A DNA stretch of 64,000 nucleotides from Flavobacteriales bacterium (GTDB lineage Bacteria > Bacteroidota > Bacteroidia > Flavobacteriales_D > JAUILH01): assembly GCA_964230215.1 (NCBI GenBank), contig CAXRGQ010000007.1, forward strand, positions 234,863 to 298,862, given 5' to 3'. Shown here in pieces: positions 33,698 through 43,858 of the stretch; positions within the stretch are counted from its first letter, which is position 1, and every line of letters starts with the position of its first letter. The notes below the pieces were generated by a model. The model saw nothing but the letters and a program-made list of their open reading frames with translations, was not told the origin of the DNA and did no database searches. The position numbers and the translations under genes are program-made.

Positions 33698-34012
33698 TTA
33701 GATGTTCTCTTGAACTTTCTCTGATACTACTTCTTCAGCTTCTTTAGCTTTCTTAGTAGCCTCATCTTTTAACTCTTCAGCTTTGTCCGTTGCTTCATCT
33801 TTCAATTCTTCAGCCTTGTCCAATGCTTCTTCAGTTGCTTTATCGATAGCTTCCTCTTTGTTTTCATCGATAACTTCTTCAACCTTCTCTTCTACTTTTT
33901 CTTCAGCGTTTTTTAATTCGTCTTTCGCTTTGTCTGTAGTCTCTTCAGCGTCACCGCAAGCAGTAACTCCTACTGTAAGTGCTACAGCCACTAATAAAAA
34001 TACTTTTTTCAT
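33698..34012 (-). CDS. Small charged lipoprotein with 11-aa repeats
   Basis: VTAC lipobox; DKAEELKDEAT x2; TAATTTTG -7 element at 34047-34054. Confidence 0.75.
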   Translation of the reverse strand: MKKVFLLVAVALTVGVTACGDAEETTDKAKDELKNAEEKVEEKVEEVIDENKEEAIDKATEEALDKAEELKDEATDKAEELKDEATKKAKEAEEVVSEKVQENI

Positions 34013-34159
34013 GAGATTAACTTTTTTATTACTTACATATTTTGCGCAAAATTAGAGAAATTAAATTCTAATCTCCAAGCAATACTTGGTAAAACTGATG
34101 TATCAGCGGGTAAACATTAGTTTAAGCCAAAATTAATAGCTCTGTACCCATCATATTGT

Positions 34160-34167
34160 TATCTTTG
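34160..34167 (+). promoter_or_regulatory. Bacteroidota -7 element upstream of sodA
   Basis: TATCTTTG about 40 bp before the ATG. Confidence 0.55.
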
Positions 34168-34204
34168 AGATAGTTACTAATCAAAATAAAAAAACTATAA
34201 TAAA

Positions 34205-34813
34205 ATGGCATTTGAATTACCTGAATTAGGATATGCACACAATGCATTGGAACCACATATTGACACACGAACTATGGAGATTCACCATGGTAAACATCAT
34301 GCTGGTTATACTAGCAAACTAAACGCGGCTATAGAAGGAACTGCAATGGCAAGCCAGTCAATTGACGATATACTTAAGAATCTAGATATGTCTAACGGTG
34401 CAGTTAGAAACAACGGTGGTGGATATTATAATCACTGCTTATTTTGGAATGTTATGTCTCCAAATGGTGGCGGAACTCCAAGTGGAGAATTAGCAGACTC
34501 AATTAATGCAGCTTACGGAAGCTTTGAAGGCTTTAAAGATGCTTTCTCTAATGCAGCAGCTACACAGTTTGGATCTGGTTGGGCATGGTTGTGTGTTCAC
34601 TCTGGGGGGAAAGTTGAAGTTTGTTCAACACCAAATCAAGACAACCCACTTATGCCAGGAATTGGATGCGGAGGTCACCCAATTTTAGGCTTAGATGTTT
34701 GGGAGCACGCTTACTATCTGAACTATCAGAATAGACGTCCTGATTATATTGAAGCATTTTTTAATGTAATAAACTGGGATTACGTTTCAGCTGAGTACGC
34801 TAAGAATAAGTAA
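34205..34813 (+). CDS. sodA: Superoxide dismutase, Mn-type signature
   Basis: HHGKHH, NGGG..NH, NQDNP and DVWEHAYY motifs. Confidence 0.93.
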   Translation: MAFELPELGYAHNALEPHIDTRTMEIHHGKHHAGYTSKLNAAIEGTAMASQSIDDILKNLDMSNGAVRNNGGGYYNHCLFWNVMSPNGGGTPSGELADSINAAYGSFEGFKDAFSNAAATQFGSGWAWLCVHSGGKVEVCSTPNQDNPLMPGIGCGGHPILGLDVWEHAYYLNYQNRRPDYIEAFFNVINWDYVSAEYAKNK

Positions 34814-34824
34814 TTCTTATCACA

Positions 34825-35238
34825 ATGAAATTAGTCCGCATGCATACAATTTTATTAATTGTATTTGCATGCGGATTTTTTATGCCATCAATTTCAGTTG
34901 CGCACTCTCAAACAATGCAAAGTGAGCACATTTCAGTCATTTCAATCGATGGGCCCATAAAAGGTATAAAACCCATCAAACAAAAACTTAGGCAGTTCAA
35001 AGCTAAACTCCAACGCCGCATACAAAACGACAAAGCCAACCTAGCTGTTCTCACAATAACACTGGGAATATTCGGCGGTCATAGGCTTTATTTAGGAACA
35101 GAAGCACATGTTCCCGTTCTATACACAGTAACCTTAGGGGGCGGACTAGGCATTGTGCCGATAGTTGACCTCATTTGTATTCTAGGCACAAAAGATCTCG
35201 ATAAATACGTAGATGATCCTCGGTTTATAATGTGGTAA
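34825..35238 (+). CDS. TM2 domain-containing protein (start uncertain)
   Basis: LGIFGGHRLYLG and TLGGGLGI...DLI motifs. Confidence 0.75.
   Translation: MKLVRMHTILLIVFACGFFMPSISVAHSQTMQSEHISVISIDGPIKGIKPIKQKLRQFKAKLQRRIQNDKANLAVLTITLGIFGGHRLYLGTEAHVPVLYTVTLGGGLGIVPIVDLICILGTKDLDKYVDDPRFIMW
34835..34881 (+). terminator. Terminator-like hairpin after sodA
   Basis: TCCGCATGCA...TGCATGCGGA with an extended AT stem, followed by TTTTTT. Confidence 0.7.
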
Positions 35239-35496
35239 AACCGATACTGTAAAATCCATCTTTCTTTAGTCAATTTTCACCTAAATAATATTAACATTTT
35301 AATGGTGAAAAAAAGTCATACCAGAAACACGGTATTTTGGTTTTTTTCTTCGGCCCTGAAAATCTCACCCACACTGACAAAGAGAAGTTACTGTGAAAAA
35401 CATGTTAGCATGTTTTTAAGAGAGCGTTAAATCCATGCTTCATTTTCAACCATTTTCGTTAAGAGAATTCGTCTAATTCAATTTAAGATTTTTGGT

Positions 35497-36771
35497 ATGG
35501 AAATTACGCAGATAATTAAGAGAGATTTTACAACGATATCTTTTGACTTAAGCAAGATATCGAAGGCTATTTTTAAAGCAATGGACGCTGTAGGAAAAGG
35601 CAGCATGGATGAGGCCAATGTAGTAGCCGAAAAAGTTAATTACGTACTCCTAAAACGCAAGGAAGCAGACGCTGCTTTTATTCCAACCGTTGAACAAATT
35701 CAAGATATTGTAGAACAATGTCTAATGGAAGGAAATTATCCTGAAGTGGCTAAGGCATTTATTCTTTATAGAAACAAAAGAGCTGAGGAGCGTAAGACAG
35801 ACATATTCGAAAGACGCATTACTTTAAAGCCATATGAGTACCCTCAATTGTACGAATATGTGCCAGCAATTAGACACTCGTATTGGATTCATACAGAGTT
35901 TAATTTCACGAGTGATATCCAAGATTTCAAATCTCGCTTAACGGAGACTGAGAGAAGTGCTATCAAAAACACCATGTTGGCTATTTCTCAAATTGAAGTT
36001 GCCGTGAAAACGTTCTGGGGTGATTTGTACCACCGTATGCCTAAACCAGAGATTGGATCTGTTGGTGCAACATTTGCGGAAAGTGAAGTGCGACACGCAG
36101 ATGCGTATTCCCACCTTCTTGAAATACTAGGTTTAAATGAGGAGTTTAAATCTCTTAAGAGAAAGCCAGAAATCATGAAGCGAGTGAATTATCTTGAGAA
36201 CTCGCTAAGAAACTCTAAGAGCAGTGATAATCAGGAATACGCCGAATGTGTACTTCTATTCTCTCTGTTTATAGAACACGTTTCTTTATTCTCTCAGTTC
36301 CTTATCATAATGGGCTTTAACAAGCATAAGAATATGCTTAAGGGTATCTCTAATGTGGTAGAAGCTACTTCTAAAGAAGAACAGATACACGGTGATTTCG
36401 GAATCGATTTGATTAAGATTCTTAAAGAAGAAAAACCGCATTGGTTTACAGCTGAGTATTATGATCACATCAAAGATTTATGTCAAAAAGCATATGAAGC
36501 TGAGTGCGGACTATTAGACTGGATTTTCGAAAATGGAGAGCTGGATTTCCTTCCTAAATCAGTGATTATTGAATTTATCAAGAACCGATTCAACAACTCA
36601 TTAGAGAGTATCGGAATCGAAAAAATATTTGAGGTGGATAACAACGCCTTACTACAAACAGAGTGGTTTGATGATGAAATTACAGGTACCAAACACGGTG
36701 ATTTCTTCGTGAAACGATCAATCAACTACAGTAAAAGAACCCAAAGTATAACTAGCGAAGACTTATTCTAA
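35497..36771 (+). CDS. nrdB: Ribonucleotide reductase beta subunit with N-terminal ATP-cone
   Basis: N-terminal IIKRD...F...KI..AI.KA...VEQIQD.VE..L ATP-cone; ferritin-like ligands QIEVAVK, EVRH and EEQIH. Confidence 0.93.
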   Translation: MEITQIIKRDFTTISFDLSKISKAIFKAMDAVGKGSMDEANVVAEKVNYVLLKRKEADAAFIPTVEQIQDIVEQCLMEGNYPEVAKAFILYRNKRAEERKTDIFERRITLKPYEYPQLYEYVPAIRHSYWIHTEFNFTSDIQDFKSRLTETERSAIKNTMLAISQIEVAVKTFWGDLYHRMPKPEIGSVGATFAESEVRHADAYSHLLEILGLNEEFKSLKRKPEIMKRVNYLENSLRNSKSSDNQEYAECVLLFSLFIEHVSLFSQFLIIMGFNKHKNMLKGISNVVEATSKEEQIHGDFGIDLIKILKEEKPHWFTAEYYDHIKDLCQKAYEAECGLLDWIFENGELDFLPKSVIIEFIKNRFNNSLESIGIEKIFEVDNNALLQTEWFDDEITGTKHGDFFVKRSINYSKRTQSITSEDLF

Positions 36772-36772
36772 C

Positions 36773-38560
36773 ATGGACATGCAAGAGAAAAACGTACTAA
36801 ACACTACAGAAACACAAGATTTACACAAGAAACTAATTGATGCCAGAAAGCAGGCACGTGAGGAGCTAAACCAAGCTCAACAAGGCGGATTTGCATGGCT
36901 AAATGAAGAAAGCAGGCAGTTTCTTCAGGCAGGCTATTTGTCTGAGGGGGTAACGGCAGAGGAACGTATTCGTGAGATTGCTGATAGAGCTGAAGATATT
37001 CTGGGAATGCCTGGATATGCTGATAAATTCTATCATTACATGTCAGAAGGATTCTATTCGCTAGCCTCTCCAGTATGGTCAAACTTTGGAAAAGAACGTG
37101 GTCTTCCAATTAGCTGTTTTGGATCTCATATTGATGATGATATAGGTAACATTCTGTACACGCAGTCTGAGGTAGGAATGATGTCAAAATTAGGCGGTGG
37201 TACTTCTGGTTACTTTGGTAAGATTAGACACCGTGGTGCACCAATTAAGAATAACGGTGAGGCCTCTGGTGCAGTGCATATTATGCGCCTGTTCGAATCT
37301 ATGGTGGATGTAGTAAGCCAGGGTTCTGTAAGACGTGGACGTTTTTCTCCATACCTGCCAATTGATCATCCAGACATCTTAGAATACCTTGAAATTGGTA
37401 CTGAAGGAAACCCAATTCAGGAGCTTACGCATGGCGTTACAGTTAGCAACGAGTGGATGCAGGAAATGATTGAAGGCGACACAGACAAGCGTTCAGTTTG
37501 GGCACGTGTACTTCAAAGAAGAGGTGAAATGGGCTATCCATACATCTTCTTTAGCGATAATGCGAACAATAACGCTGCTGATGTATACCAAGATAATCAA
37601 CACAGAATCTACGCGAGTAACTTGTGTACTGAGATAATGCTTCCATCTAACCACAATTGGTCATTTGTATGTGTACTTTCAAGTATTAACGTGCTGAATT
37701 ATGATAGATGGAAAGACACGGATGCTGTGGAAACCATGGTGTTCTTTTTAGATGCAGTAATTACCGAATTCTTGAACAAGCTTGAAGTTTATCGTGACTC
37801 AGAAAACATGGACGATAGACACACCTTCCAGTTCATGGAGAGAGCTTACAACTTTGCAAAGGAAAATCGTGCTCTTGGTTTAGGTGTGCTTGGATGGCAC
37901 TCATTATTACAGTCTAAGCGACTTGCATTCGATAGCCAAGAAGCATATAATTTGAATAGTGAGATTTTTGGTGAAATTCAGAAACGTTCGTATTCTGCTT
38001 CAGAAGAGCTAGCAGATAGATTTGGTGCTCCAGAGTTATTGGAAAAATATGGACGCCGTAACGCGACATTAAATGCTGTAGCACCTACAACATCTTCAGC
38101 ATTTATCCTTGGTCAGGTATCTCAAGGAATTGAGCCTATTTGGTCGAATATATATGTGAAGGATATTGCAAAGATTAAAACAACTATCAAGAATCCTTAC
38201 TTGGTTGAGCTATTACAGGAAAAAGGTATGGATTTACCTGAGGTATGGCGTGACATCTTAAAACACGATGGTTCTGTCCAGCATCTAAGTTTCTTGACTG
38301 ATGAAGAGAAAGAAGTTTTTAAAACTTACTCGGAAATTGATCAGATGCACATAATATATCAAGCAGCCAATAGACAAACATATATTGATCAGGGTCAATC
38401 TGTGAACATTATTGTTCATCCTGATATGCCAATCAAAGACATCAATAAAATTCATGTTAAGGCGTGGGAATTAGGTTTAAAATCTCTTTACTACCAGCAC
38501 AGCATGAATGCTGCTCAGAAATTTAAGCAGAAGAAGGAATGTAGTAGCTGTGAAGGCTAG
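36773..38560 (+). CDS. nrdA: Ribonucleotide reductase alpha subunit (no ATP-cone)
   Basis: ISCF, SNLCTE, APTTSS, GLKSLYY and C-terminal CSSCEG motifs. Confidence 0.95.
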   Translation: MDMQEKNVLNTTETQDLHKKLIDARKQAREELNQAQQGGFAWLNEESRQFLQAGYLSEGVTAEERIREIADRAEDILGMPGYADKFYHYMSEGFYSLASPVWSNFGKERGLPISCFGSHIDDDIGNILYTQSEVGMMSKLGGGTSGYFGKIRHRGAPIKNNGEASGAVHIMRLFESMVDVVSQGSVRRGRFSPYLPIDHPDILEYLEIGTEGNPIQELTHGVTVSNEWMQEMIEGDTDKRSVWARVLQRRGEMGYPYIFFSDNANNNAADVYQDNQHRIYASNLCTEIMLPSNHNWSFVCVLSSINVLNYDRWKDTDAVETMVFFLDAVITEFLNKLEVYRDSENMDDRHTFQFMERAYNFAKENRALGLGVLGWHSLLQSKRLAFDSQEAYNLNSEIFGEIQKRSYSASEELADRFGAPELLEKYGRRNATLNAVAPTTSSAFILGQVSQGIEPIWSNIYVKDIAKIKTTIKNPYLVELLQEKGMDLPEVWRDILKHDGSVQHLSFLTDEEKEVFKTYSEIDQMHIIYQAANRQTYIDQGQSVNIIVHPDMPIKDINKIHVKAWELGLKSLYYQHSMNAAQKFKQKKECSSCEG

Positions 38561-38589
38561 GTACTGGTTACTTTAAAGACACATGAGAT

Positions 38590-38627
38590 TAATCCGCATG
38601 ATTGTACTTAGTGCAGCATGCGGATTA
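38590..38627. terminator. Hairpin downstream of nrdA (probable terminator)
   Basis: TAATCCGCATG...CATGCGGATTA followed by an AT-rich tail. Confidence 0.65.
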
Positions 38628-38641
38628 TTTATTTTCAAATG

Positions 38642-38803
38642 AATTATATTATTTGCCATCAACGTCCACGAGCGGCGGCTAATGTTATGTTCAATAATCA
38701 ACCAACGTTTCCTTCGCTCGCGGTAACGGTTGGGATGTAGTTTTGTGCACCCAATATCATCGCAGGCACACAATCATAAATTATAAATAATCAATTATAA
38801 ATC
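38642..38803. repeat. Dispersed palindromic element, family A (+C tail), copy 1
   Basis: Homologous to 61021-61181; identical blocks CAACGTCCACGAGCGGCGGCT and TTCGCTCGCGGTAACGGTTGGGAT. Confidence 0.88.
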
Positions 38804-38814
38804 GGACAATTTCC

Positions 38815-40659
38815 CTATTCCACCGTCACACTCTTCGCTAAATTCCTTGGCTGATCAACATTACAACCCCTCATAACCGCAATGTGGTAAGAAAGCAATT
38901 GGAATGGTATAGTCGCCAATAATGGAACCAATGAATCGTGTGTATCCGGAATCTCCATTACATGATCTGCAATGCCTTTTACGGTGTTATCACCTTCTGT
39001 TACAATAGCAATCACCTTTCCTTTACGTGCCTTTACTTCCTGGATGTTACTCACAATTTTCTCATATGAAGCATCTTTAGTAGCGATCACAAAAACAGGC
39101 ATCTCATCATCGATTAAGGCAATAGGCCCGTGCTTCATTTCTGCCGCAGGATAACCCTCAGCATGGATATACGATATTTCTTTCAGCTTTAAAGCCCCTT
39201 CTAAGGCCACTGGGAAGTTATACCCTCTACCAAGATATAAGGCGTTGCTTGCGTCTTTGTAGATGTCTGAAATGAACTCGATTTGACTATTTAGTTCAAG
39301 TACCTTCTCCACTTTCTCAGGAATGCGCTCTAGTTCCATTAAAATACGTCTGTAATCAGACTCAGCCAGCGTACCCTTTTTCTTCGCGATAGATAGAGCC
39401 ATCAATGTGAGCACGGTTACTTGCGCTGTAAATGCTTTTGTAGACGCCACCCCAATCTCGGGGCCAGCATGCGTATAAGAACCGCAATGTGTAGTTCTCG
39501 AAATAGTCGAACCTACGACATTACAAATACCTACGATAGTCGCTCCTTTTGATTTAGCTAACTCGATAGCCGCTAGAGTATCTGCTGTCTCTCCACTTTG
39601 AGAAATAGCAATTACAACGTCTTTCTCTGTAATAATCGGATTTCTGTATCTAAACTCAGAAGCATACTCGACCTCAACAGGCATGCGCGCCAAATCCTCA
39701 AATAAATACTCACCAACTAAACCTGCATGCCATGACGTTCCACACGCAACCATAATAATGCGGTTGGCATTCGATATCTTATCCAAATACTCATTAATAC
39801 CACCTAAACCTACATATCCTTGACCAGCATTCACTCTACCGCGCATACAGTCTCTGATCGATCTAGGTTGCTCGTGAATTTCTTTCAGCATAAAGTGATC
39901 ATAACCACCTTTTTCCAATGCCTCCAATTTCAACTCTAGCTCCTGTATGTAAGGCGTTTTTTCTTGATTCGCAATGTTCTTTAGCTTCAAACCTTTTTCA
40001 AGATCAAGCACTGCAATCTCCTCATCGTTCAGGTATACCACGTTTTTAGTGTACTCAACAATCGGTGTCGCATCAGATGCTAAGTAAAAGTCATTTTCAC
40101 CGATTCCGATTACCAATGGACTACTTTTCTTAGCCGCTATTAATCGTGTTGGATCGTTCTTAGAGATTACTACGATGGCATATGCTCCTATCACACCTCT
40201 TAGTGCAATACGCACGGCCTCAGCCAAATCTAAGTTCTCTCTTTTCTGAATATCTTCAATCAGGTGAATTAACACCTCTGTATCCGTGTCACTTCTGAAG
40301 GTATGACCACGCGCAATCAACTCCTCCTTTAAAGAGGCATAATTCTCAATAATCCCATTATGTATAATAGCCAAATCCCCAGATTCACTTGTATGTGGAT
40401 GAGCATTGGTATCATTCGGCTCACCATGTGTTGCCCAACGAGTATGACCAATTCCGACAGTACCAGTAGTGGTTGAAGAGCCAATATGATCTTCTAAGTC
40501 GCTTACTTTACCTTTACATTTATAGATGTTTAGCACATCTGACTTTTCCAACAACGCAATTCCAGCACTATCATACCCTCTATACTCTAGACGTTTTAAG
40601 CCTTTTACAAGTACGGGATAAGCCTCTTTTTTTCCGAGATAAGCGACAATTCCACACAT
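38815..40659 (-). CDS. glmS: Glutamine-fructose-6-phosphate aminotransferase
   Basis: MCGIV start, GHTRWATHG, SQSGETADT and C-terminal RNLAKSVTVE. Confidence 0.98.
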   Translation of the reverse strand: MCGIVAYLGKKEAYPVLVKGLKRLEYRGYDSAGIALLEKSDVLNIYKCKGKVSDLEDHIGSSTTTGTVGIGHTRWATHGEPNDTNAHPHTSESGDLAIIHNGIIENYASLKEELIARGHTFRSDTDTEVLIHLIEDIQKRENLDLAEAVRIALRGVIGAYAIVVISKNDPTRLIAAKKSSPLVIGIGENDFYLASDATPIVEYTKNVVYLNDEEIAVLDLEKGLKLKNIANQEKTPYIQELELKLEALEKGGYDHFMLKEIHEQPRSIRDCMRGRVNAGQGYVGLGGINEYLDKISNANRIIMVACGTSWHAGLVGEYLFEDLARMPVEVEYASEFRYRNPIITEKDVVIAISQSGETADTLAAIELAKSKGATIVGICNVVGSTISRTTHCGSYTHAGPEIGVASTKAFTAQVTVLTLMALSIAKKKGTLAESDYRRILMELERIPEKVEKVLELNSQIEFISDIYKDASNALYLGRGYNFPVALEGALKLKEISYIHAEGYPAAEMKHGPIALIDDEMPVFVIATKDASYEKIVSNIQEVKARKGKVIAIVTEGDNTVKGIADHVMEIPDTHDSLVPLLATIPFQLLSYHIAVMRGCNVDQPRNLAKSVTVE

Positions 40660-40662
40660 AAT

Positions 40663-42027
40663 CTAATAGTTAGTAAAGGTTAATATAAGTTTTGGTTTTC
40701 TTCTATTGATTGTTTCGGGCCCAGAAAGGATGCATCTATTTCCGGTAACCGACGATAAATTTGTTTCAATGAGCAATTTATTCTGAGCAATTTCACCCTT
40801 TAATAAGTTCTGAATGTAGCCTGTAATAACGAAAGTGTAGGTTTTCTCATCCACATTATAAGCACCCGATCCGCCATAGGTTATTGTGAAAAAATCAGGT
40901 ATAAATGCTTGGTCTCCCTCATCGTTTAACATTAAAGACGTTAATTCGTCATTAGGGTAATAGCTAGATCCCCCATAATAATCCACGGGCAAAACCAATT
41001 CGGCCTTATTTATCGCTACCATACCCGAATCAACATATCGCATGATGTGGGGAAAGTTAATGGCCGTTCTTAAACCTCCCAAGGTTTGTACATAAGTTTG
41101 ATAAATCCCTCTGGTCGAATCAGCTAATGATAAGTCTACATCTGTTCCAGTATAATCATGAGTAGCGCGTGTAAAGCGCGCAGAGTTATCGTCAATGTCT
41201 AAATCGAACGCCTGTTGAATCGTATCACCATCAATAATCTCTCGGTAATAAATAGTCACCTTAGAAGCTGCATCCTCTAAATTGAAGTACAACAACGCTC
41301 CTTCCTCCGTCATTTGAGATCCATTTTCAGGTCGCACATGAAAGCCTTTAAAGTATTCTACAAAACCTTCATTAGTTAATAAATCATTCTCATCCGAGTT
41401 GATTATAAACTCACCAAATGCGTTTTTTAATCGCAAGCGTAATTGAGGGTCTAAGGTATCGCCATCAAAGTAAGTTGGGTCATTCGGTGTTGGAGTGAAG
41501 GTTTCAAAGCCCGGTTCAATCAAATTCCCAATACCATTCTGTGCACCTGTAGAATCAAAATTCAACCACGAGTTTGAATAGTATGAAGAATCTACACTCA
41601 TAGTATCCAGTATTTCATACACACCAAATGTTTGTGCTTGAAGGTTTCCGTAATAACTAGCATATTCCATGCTAAGAAAAACCGAATCAACGATAATACT
41701 ATCTTCTTCAAAAGTCACCCCTTCTCCATCCATTCTAAGTTGGAAGTATGTAGAAGCCTCTGTATACCCTAACTCAGCATCCTGGTAACTACCAATAATG
41801 TTGTTACTCAAACCATTCGTTCTAACCGAGTCATCGCGCTCCGTATACATAATCATAGAAATAGTATCGGTAGCATTACCCTGTAAGAGCTCATCTTCAG
41901 GCTGAAGACCCAGGCCGAGTCCATCTTCAGGTTTCTTACAAGAAGACGCCAAAATGGCTATAAAAAAGATTGCGGCCCCTATAATTGGAGACCGCATTCC
42001 TTTAAAAAATATATTATATCGTTTCAT
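40663..42027 (-). CDS. DUF4270-family lipoprotein
   Basis: ASSC lipobox; conserved position between the glycogen synthase-like gene and glmS; start at 42027 or slightly downstream. Confidence 0.75.
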   Translation of the reverse strand: MKRYNIFFKGMRSPIIGAAIFFIAILASSCKKPEDGLGLGLQPEDELLQGNATDTISMIMYTERDDSVRTNGLSNNIIGSYQDAELGYTEASTYFQLRMDGEGVTFEEDSIIVDSVFLSMEYASYYGNLQAQTFGVYEILDTMSVDSSYYSNSWLNFDSTGAQNGIGNLIEPGFETFTPTPNDPTYFDGDTLDPQLRLRLKNAFGEFIINSDENDLLTNEGFVEYFKGFHVRPENGSQMTEEGALLYFNLEDAASKVTIYYREIIDGDTIQQAFDLDIDDNSARFTRATHDYTGTDVDLSLADSTRGIYQTYVQTLGGLRTAINFPHIMRYVDSGMVAINKAELVLPVDYYGGSSYYPNDELTSLMLNDEGDQAFIPDFFTITYGGSGAYNVDEKTYTFVITGYIQNLLKGEIAQNKLLIETNLSSVTGNRCILSGPETINRRKPKLILTFTNY

Positions 42028-42028
42028 A

Positions 42029-42856
42029 TCAATCTGCCAAAACAGAATTTGTATCAATGACTGTATCGTAAAACTCAGAGTATGCTTCAACATTGCCAGA
42101 ATCTCCCTGGTACTCCATAAAGGTAGCACCACTATCCTTAGCATAATCTAAAATTGATTGATCTAAATTTTCGCTTCCAGCTACTACACCATCAGATAAG
42201 TTGATAGCTAATTTGTTAAGTGCGTCCATATCTGGATTCTTCATCAATTCGATATCTGAATCTTCAAAGCCATCAAACTTTAATTTCTTAACCAAATCCT
42301 TATCTAAAGTACCATCAAACCCTTGCTCGTATATTGAATATACAACCTTAGTATCTGTAAAATGCGGATCATCTCCATACATTTTCTTTAAATAAAGAGG
42401 CATCATTGCTGTCATAAAACCATTACAGTGAATCACATCTGGTTTCCAGCCTAGCTTCTTTACTGTTTCTAGCACTCCTCTGCAGAAGAATATAGATCTC
42501 TCATCATTATCATCAAAGAACTTATCGTCTTGGTTCTTAAGAACGGCCTTTCTTTTAAAATATTCTTCATTATCGATAAAATATACCTGCATTTTAGCTG
42601 CGGGTACAGACGCCACCTTTATGATAAGTGGGTGATCGGTATCGTTAATGATTAAGTTCATACCACTTAATCTAATTACTTCATGTAATTGATGTCTGCG
42701 CTCGTTTATAACGCCATATCTGGGCATAAATACCCTGATTTCTTTGCCGTTTTCCTGAATGCCTTGTGGTAGATTTCTAACTGTTTTTGATATTTCCGTT
42801 TCCGGTAAAAATGGTTGTATCTCCTGAGAGACGTAAAGAACTCTTCGTTTTTCCAT
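42029..42856 (-). CDS. Glycogen/starch synthase N-terminal (GT5) domain protein
   Basis: RVFMPRYGVINERRHQLHEVIRLSGMN and PDVIHC motifs; ATG at 42856; TATTTTTG at 42884-42891 on the minus strand. Confidence 0.85.
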   Translation of the reverse strand: MEKRRVLYVSQEIQPFLPETEISKTVRNLPQGIQENGKEIRVFMPRYGVINERRHQLHEVIRLSGMNLIINDTDHPLIIKVASVPAAKMQVYFIDNEEYFKRKAVLKNQDDKFFDDNDERSIFFCRGVLETVKKLGWKPDVIHCNGFMTAMMPLYLKKMYGDDPHFTDTKVVYSIYEQGFDGTLDKDLVKKLKFDGFEDSDIELMKNPDMDALNKLAINLSDGVVAGSENLDQSILDYAKDSGATFMEYQGDSGNVEAYSEFYDTVIDTNSVLAD

Positions 42857-42997
42857 AATCTTCCCTGCAGTTTTTTGCAGGTACAAAAATATATAAAATT
42901 CAGGGGATTTTCAAACATTTTAGGGCAATAAATGTTAGAATCACTGCGAATTACGGTAATTTTTCCTCTACTTTGCACGGATTTTTATTCAAGTAAG

Positions 42998-43846
42998 ATG
43001 ATAGTTTGCGATACAGCAGATAGCCTACAGTTAGCCATAAGCGACTTTAAAAATCAAGGGCTAAGCATTGGTTTTGTCCCTACCATGGGCGCACTTCATA
43101 ATGGACACGTATCTCTAATTAAACAGGCTAAGACGAATAATGATGTATGTATAGTAAGCATATTTGTCAATCCTACCCAGTTTAACAACAAAGAGGATTT
43201 GGATAAATATCCCATTACACATGAGGCAGATAAGGCTCTAATTAAAGATTACTGTGATCTCGTGTTTATTCCTAAATCAAAAGAGGAAGTGTATACCAAT
43301 GATTATACGCCTGCTAAAATTGACCTGAATGGAGTTGATAAGGTAATGGAAGGCGAAAAACGGCCTGGTCATTTTGAAGGTGTTGTGAATGTTGTCAACC
43401 AATTATTTAAACTGATTCCTGCAGACAAAGCCTATTTCGGAATTAAAGACTTTCAGCAACTAGCGATAATTAGATTATTACAGCAGCAATTGCATCCTAG
43501 TTTGGAAATAATTCCCTGCGACATTGTGCGCGAAGAGAACGGCTTAGCAATGAGTAGTCGGAATACCCGTTTATCTCCCTCTACCCGAGATAGCGCCAGC
43601 ATAATTTACACAGCATTACAATCAATTAAAGACGATTACCCGAAATATTCCCTGTCTACTTGCGTTAATCAGGCCATTGATATTATAAATGCACAGGAGG
43701 GTTTTACGGTGGAGTATTTAAGCATCTGTGACCACTACTCACTAAAGCTCACGGATGAGTGGCACGAATCGGATAAGCCTCATGCTTGTGTAGCCGTTTT
43801 TGCAGATAAGATAAGATTGATAGACAATATGTCGATAATTGATTAA
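42998..43846 (+). CDS. panC: Pantoate-beta-alanine ligase
   Basis: PTMGALHNGH, SIFVNPTQF, RPGHFEGV and GLAMSSRN motifs. Confidence 0.96.
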   Translation: MIVCDTADSLQLAISDFKNQGLSIGFVPTMGALHNGHVSLIKQAKTNNDVCIVSIFVNPTQFNNKEDLDKYPITHEADKALIKDYCDLVFIPKSKEEVYTNDYTPAKIDLNGVDKVMEGEKRPGHFEGVVNVVNQLFKLIPADKAYFGIKDFQQLAIIRLLQQQLHPSLEIIPCDIVREENGLAMSSRNTRLSPSTRDSASIIYTALQSIKDDYPKYSLSTCVNQAIDIINAQEGFTVEYLSICDHYSLKLTDEWHESDKPHACVAVFADKIRLIDNMSIID

Positions 43847-43858
43847 TTTTGTGCCGCA

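Noticed and set aside
35239-35496. Cobalamin riboswitch or NrdR box before nrdB
   Set aside because: No recognisable B12-box or NrdR consensus seen
38573-38773. Short minus-strand ORFs here and at 60860-61132
   Set aside because: They are translations of the palindromic repeat elements, with no protein-like features
40660-40700. glmS ribozyme
   Set aside because: Only 3 bp separate glmS from the upstream gene, so there is no leader to hold it
42029-42856. Truncated glycogen synthase pseudogene
   Set aside because: A stand-alone GT5 N-terminal domain next to DUF4270/glmS/panC is the normal Bacteroidota arrangement and the ORF is intact
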